Assembly (NCBI GenBank): GCA_043228905.1
Contig: JBHGNT010000018.1
Location: forward strand, 7,812,001 to 7,876,000
Origin: Azolla caroliniana
Taxonomy: Eukaryota; Plantae; Polypodiophyta
DNA: 64,000 bases
Reading direction: 5' to 3'
The notes beneath the pieces were generated by a model. That model had not been told where the DNA came from. It ran no database searches and worked only from the letters and a program-made list of their open reading frames with translations. Below are positions 61,983-64,000 of the stretch, one piece after another (the first letter of the stretch is position 1; the number at the start of each line of letters is the position of its first letter). A program made the position numbers and the translations under genes.

Positions 61983-64000
61983 TGTCGTGAAGATCCGTCA
62001 CTACGCGCGGATCGTGAGGCAGAACCGCTGGGCTTCTGGACCAGAAGGATTTAGAGTCGATACAAGCTTTGGCGAGAAAGTACTTAAGATATATTGAGAA
62101 AGAGAGAAGATGAGATTACACGATTGATTTGATAACGAATTTCTTCTTCTTAATTTTCATAAAAAAAAAACCATCTTTTTCTCCTCCCCCTTCCCTCTTT
62201 TATAGATGCTCTCATGCATATGATGCATGTGAGGGTACAAGACATGCATAAATTGCATGTTTGCCATTCGACGCTTAAGTATTACATGTGGTGCATGCTA
62301 ACCATGTCACTCATTTTAGCACTCATGGATGAGAATTTACATGTAAAACTACAATGATAGAAATATAATTTAAACTAAATACCATGGCTTAATGGTAAGC
62401 CATTTGACTCCTAACTTGGAGGTGCAAGGTTCGAATCCATACTTGCCCTCCTTGTATATGTAAATATGTATATATTTTTATATATTTATTTTATCTAGTC
62501 GCCGGTTCGCCGGATGCCGACGCCGTCGCCGGAAGCCGCCGGATCACCGGCTCCATCGCCGGTCCGGTTTTGGTTGGCCAAAACCCTTTTCGAGTAGCTA
62601 GCCACCTCCACTCTAAGTTCAAGTTACCTTGAACTCCCTATGCTCCACACATAGACACAAAGATAATATCTTTTGCTCCACCTTATATATGATGAGAGCC
62701 GTATTTGTCGTGCCTATGTGGGATATCTCACAATTTTCTCTTTTCTTTTCACAAACTTTATACCCTTATATCTTGACATTTAGTTGTCCCTTTCTCGTGT
62801 AATAAAGTGCATTCGAAACCTCCATCATTTTGTACTTAGATATTAAAAATGTTATCTTCACAATTATTGTATTACGTGATTCATACTCGATTTTGTACGT
62901 TTTATGGGATTTTCACACTATTGCCGAAAATCTTCACGACATCCACCCCCACCAAACCGCACGTCCTCCGGTACGTGCCAAGAAGAGAAGAAGTGAGATT
63001 TCGGCTACGATGATCAATTAGATCCCTCCATGTCTTCATTTTCATCCGGCCTATTATGTTCATCGTCGAGGTAATCGAGGTCAGGATCCTTGTCTTGTCT
63101 TTTCTTGAAAAGCTTTACTCTTTTTCCCGCAATGGGTACGGCCAACCTTGATCCGTCTAGTTCTGCAAGGTGGTATGTGGCATTATCGTTGGCACTTCTC
63201 ACCACATACGGCCCGAACCATCTTGTTGCGAACTTCCTTGTTGTACTATGTTGATTGTCAAGGGTGTTGTCGTAAACCAAAACCCAATCCCCTTCTTCAA
63301 TCTTCTTGGGACGAAGTCGATGCGTGTTGTCGAACCGAACTTTGTTCTTTACTCGGGTTGCCTTCATCATCTTTCGCGCTTTTTCTAAATCTTCAGGTCT
63401 TCTTTCAAGTTGCCTTATCCGCGCCGCTAATAACTCTTCTCGGCTCATCTCGTTCTCCCACGGTATCGCTACCCATGAGGCGATCGTCCTTTCGATGGGC
63501 ATAATCGGCTTTTGTCCATACATAAGCTCTATCGGCATATACCCTGTCACCGAGCTATGTGTCGTTCTAAATCTTCAGGTCTTCTTTCAAGTTGCCTTAT
63601 CCACGCCGCTAATAACTCTTCTCGGCTCATCTCGTTCTCCCACGGTATCGCTACCCATGAGGCGATCGTCCTTTCGATGGGCATAATCGGCTTTTGTCCA
63701 TACATAAGCTCTGTCGGCATATACCCTGTCACCGAGCTATGTGTCAAGGGTGTTGTCGTAAACCAAAACCCAATCCCCTTCTTCAATCTTCTTGGGACGA
63801 AGTCGATGCGTGTTGTCGAACTGAACTTTGTTCTTTACTCGGGCTGCCTTCATCATCTTTCGCGCTTTTCTAAATCTTCAGGTCTTCTTTCAAGTTGCCT
63901 TATCCGCGCCGCTAATAACTCTTCTCGGCTCATCTCGTTCTCCCACGGTATCGCTACCCATGAGGCGATCGTCCTTTCGATGGGCATAATCGGCTTTTGT
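61983..64000 (-). mobile_element. Gypsy E copy 2: 3' LTR 61983-62941, PPT and integrase C-terminus with local duplications; runs off the window
   Basis: LTR and integrase tail are closely similar to 38205-39910. Confidence 0.95.

Overview
Eukaryotic, plant-type transposon nest. The lineage mix suggests a non-seed land plant (inference). I recognise no host protein-coding gene. Letters A-J are my own labels. Three degenerate copies of non-chromoviral Ty3/Gypsy family B form most of the scaffold. Inserted into them are Tnt1/Tork-like Copia elements A and G (plus a G solo LTR), Copia F, a full-length related Gypsy D (TSD TCCTA), and two copies of a divergent Gypsy E. E has a tRNA-Trp PBS, a 4-bp TSD, a predicted -1 frameshift between protease and RT, and a tRNA-like segment in its LTR. 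Between B copies 1 and 2 lie a chromovirus integrase fragment, a three-layer nest (Copia I > LTR J > Copia H) and a ~525-bp tandem array carrying tRNA-Arg(CCT)-like genes. Most striking: Gypsy B and D have no polypurine tract. Instead both carry a conserved ~50-nt mimic of the tRNA-Arg(UCU) 3' end, finishing in CCA exactly 2 nt before the 3' LTR. It sits directly after a shared extra ORF (~970 codons in D) with a conserved N-terminal domain and a long coiled coil. Coordinates were counted by eye, and tRNA assignments rest on recalled plant tRNA sequences.
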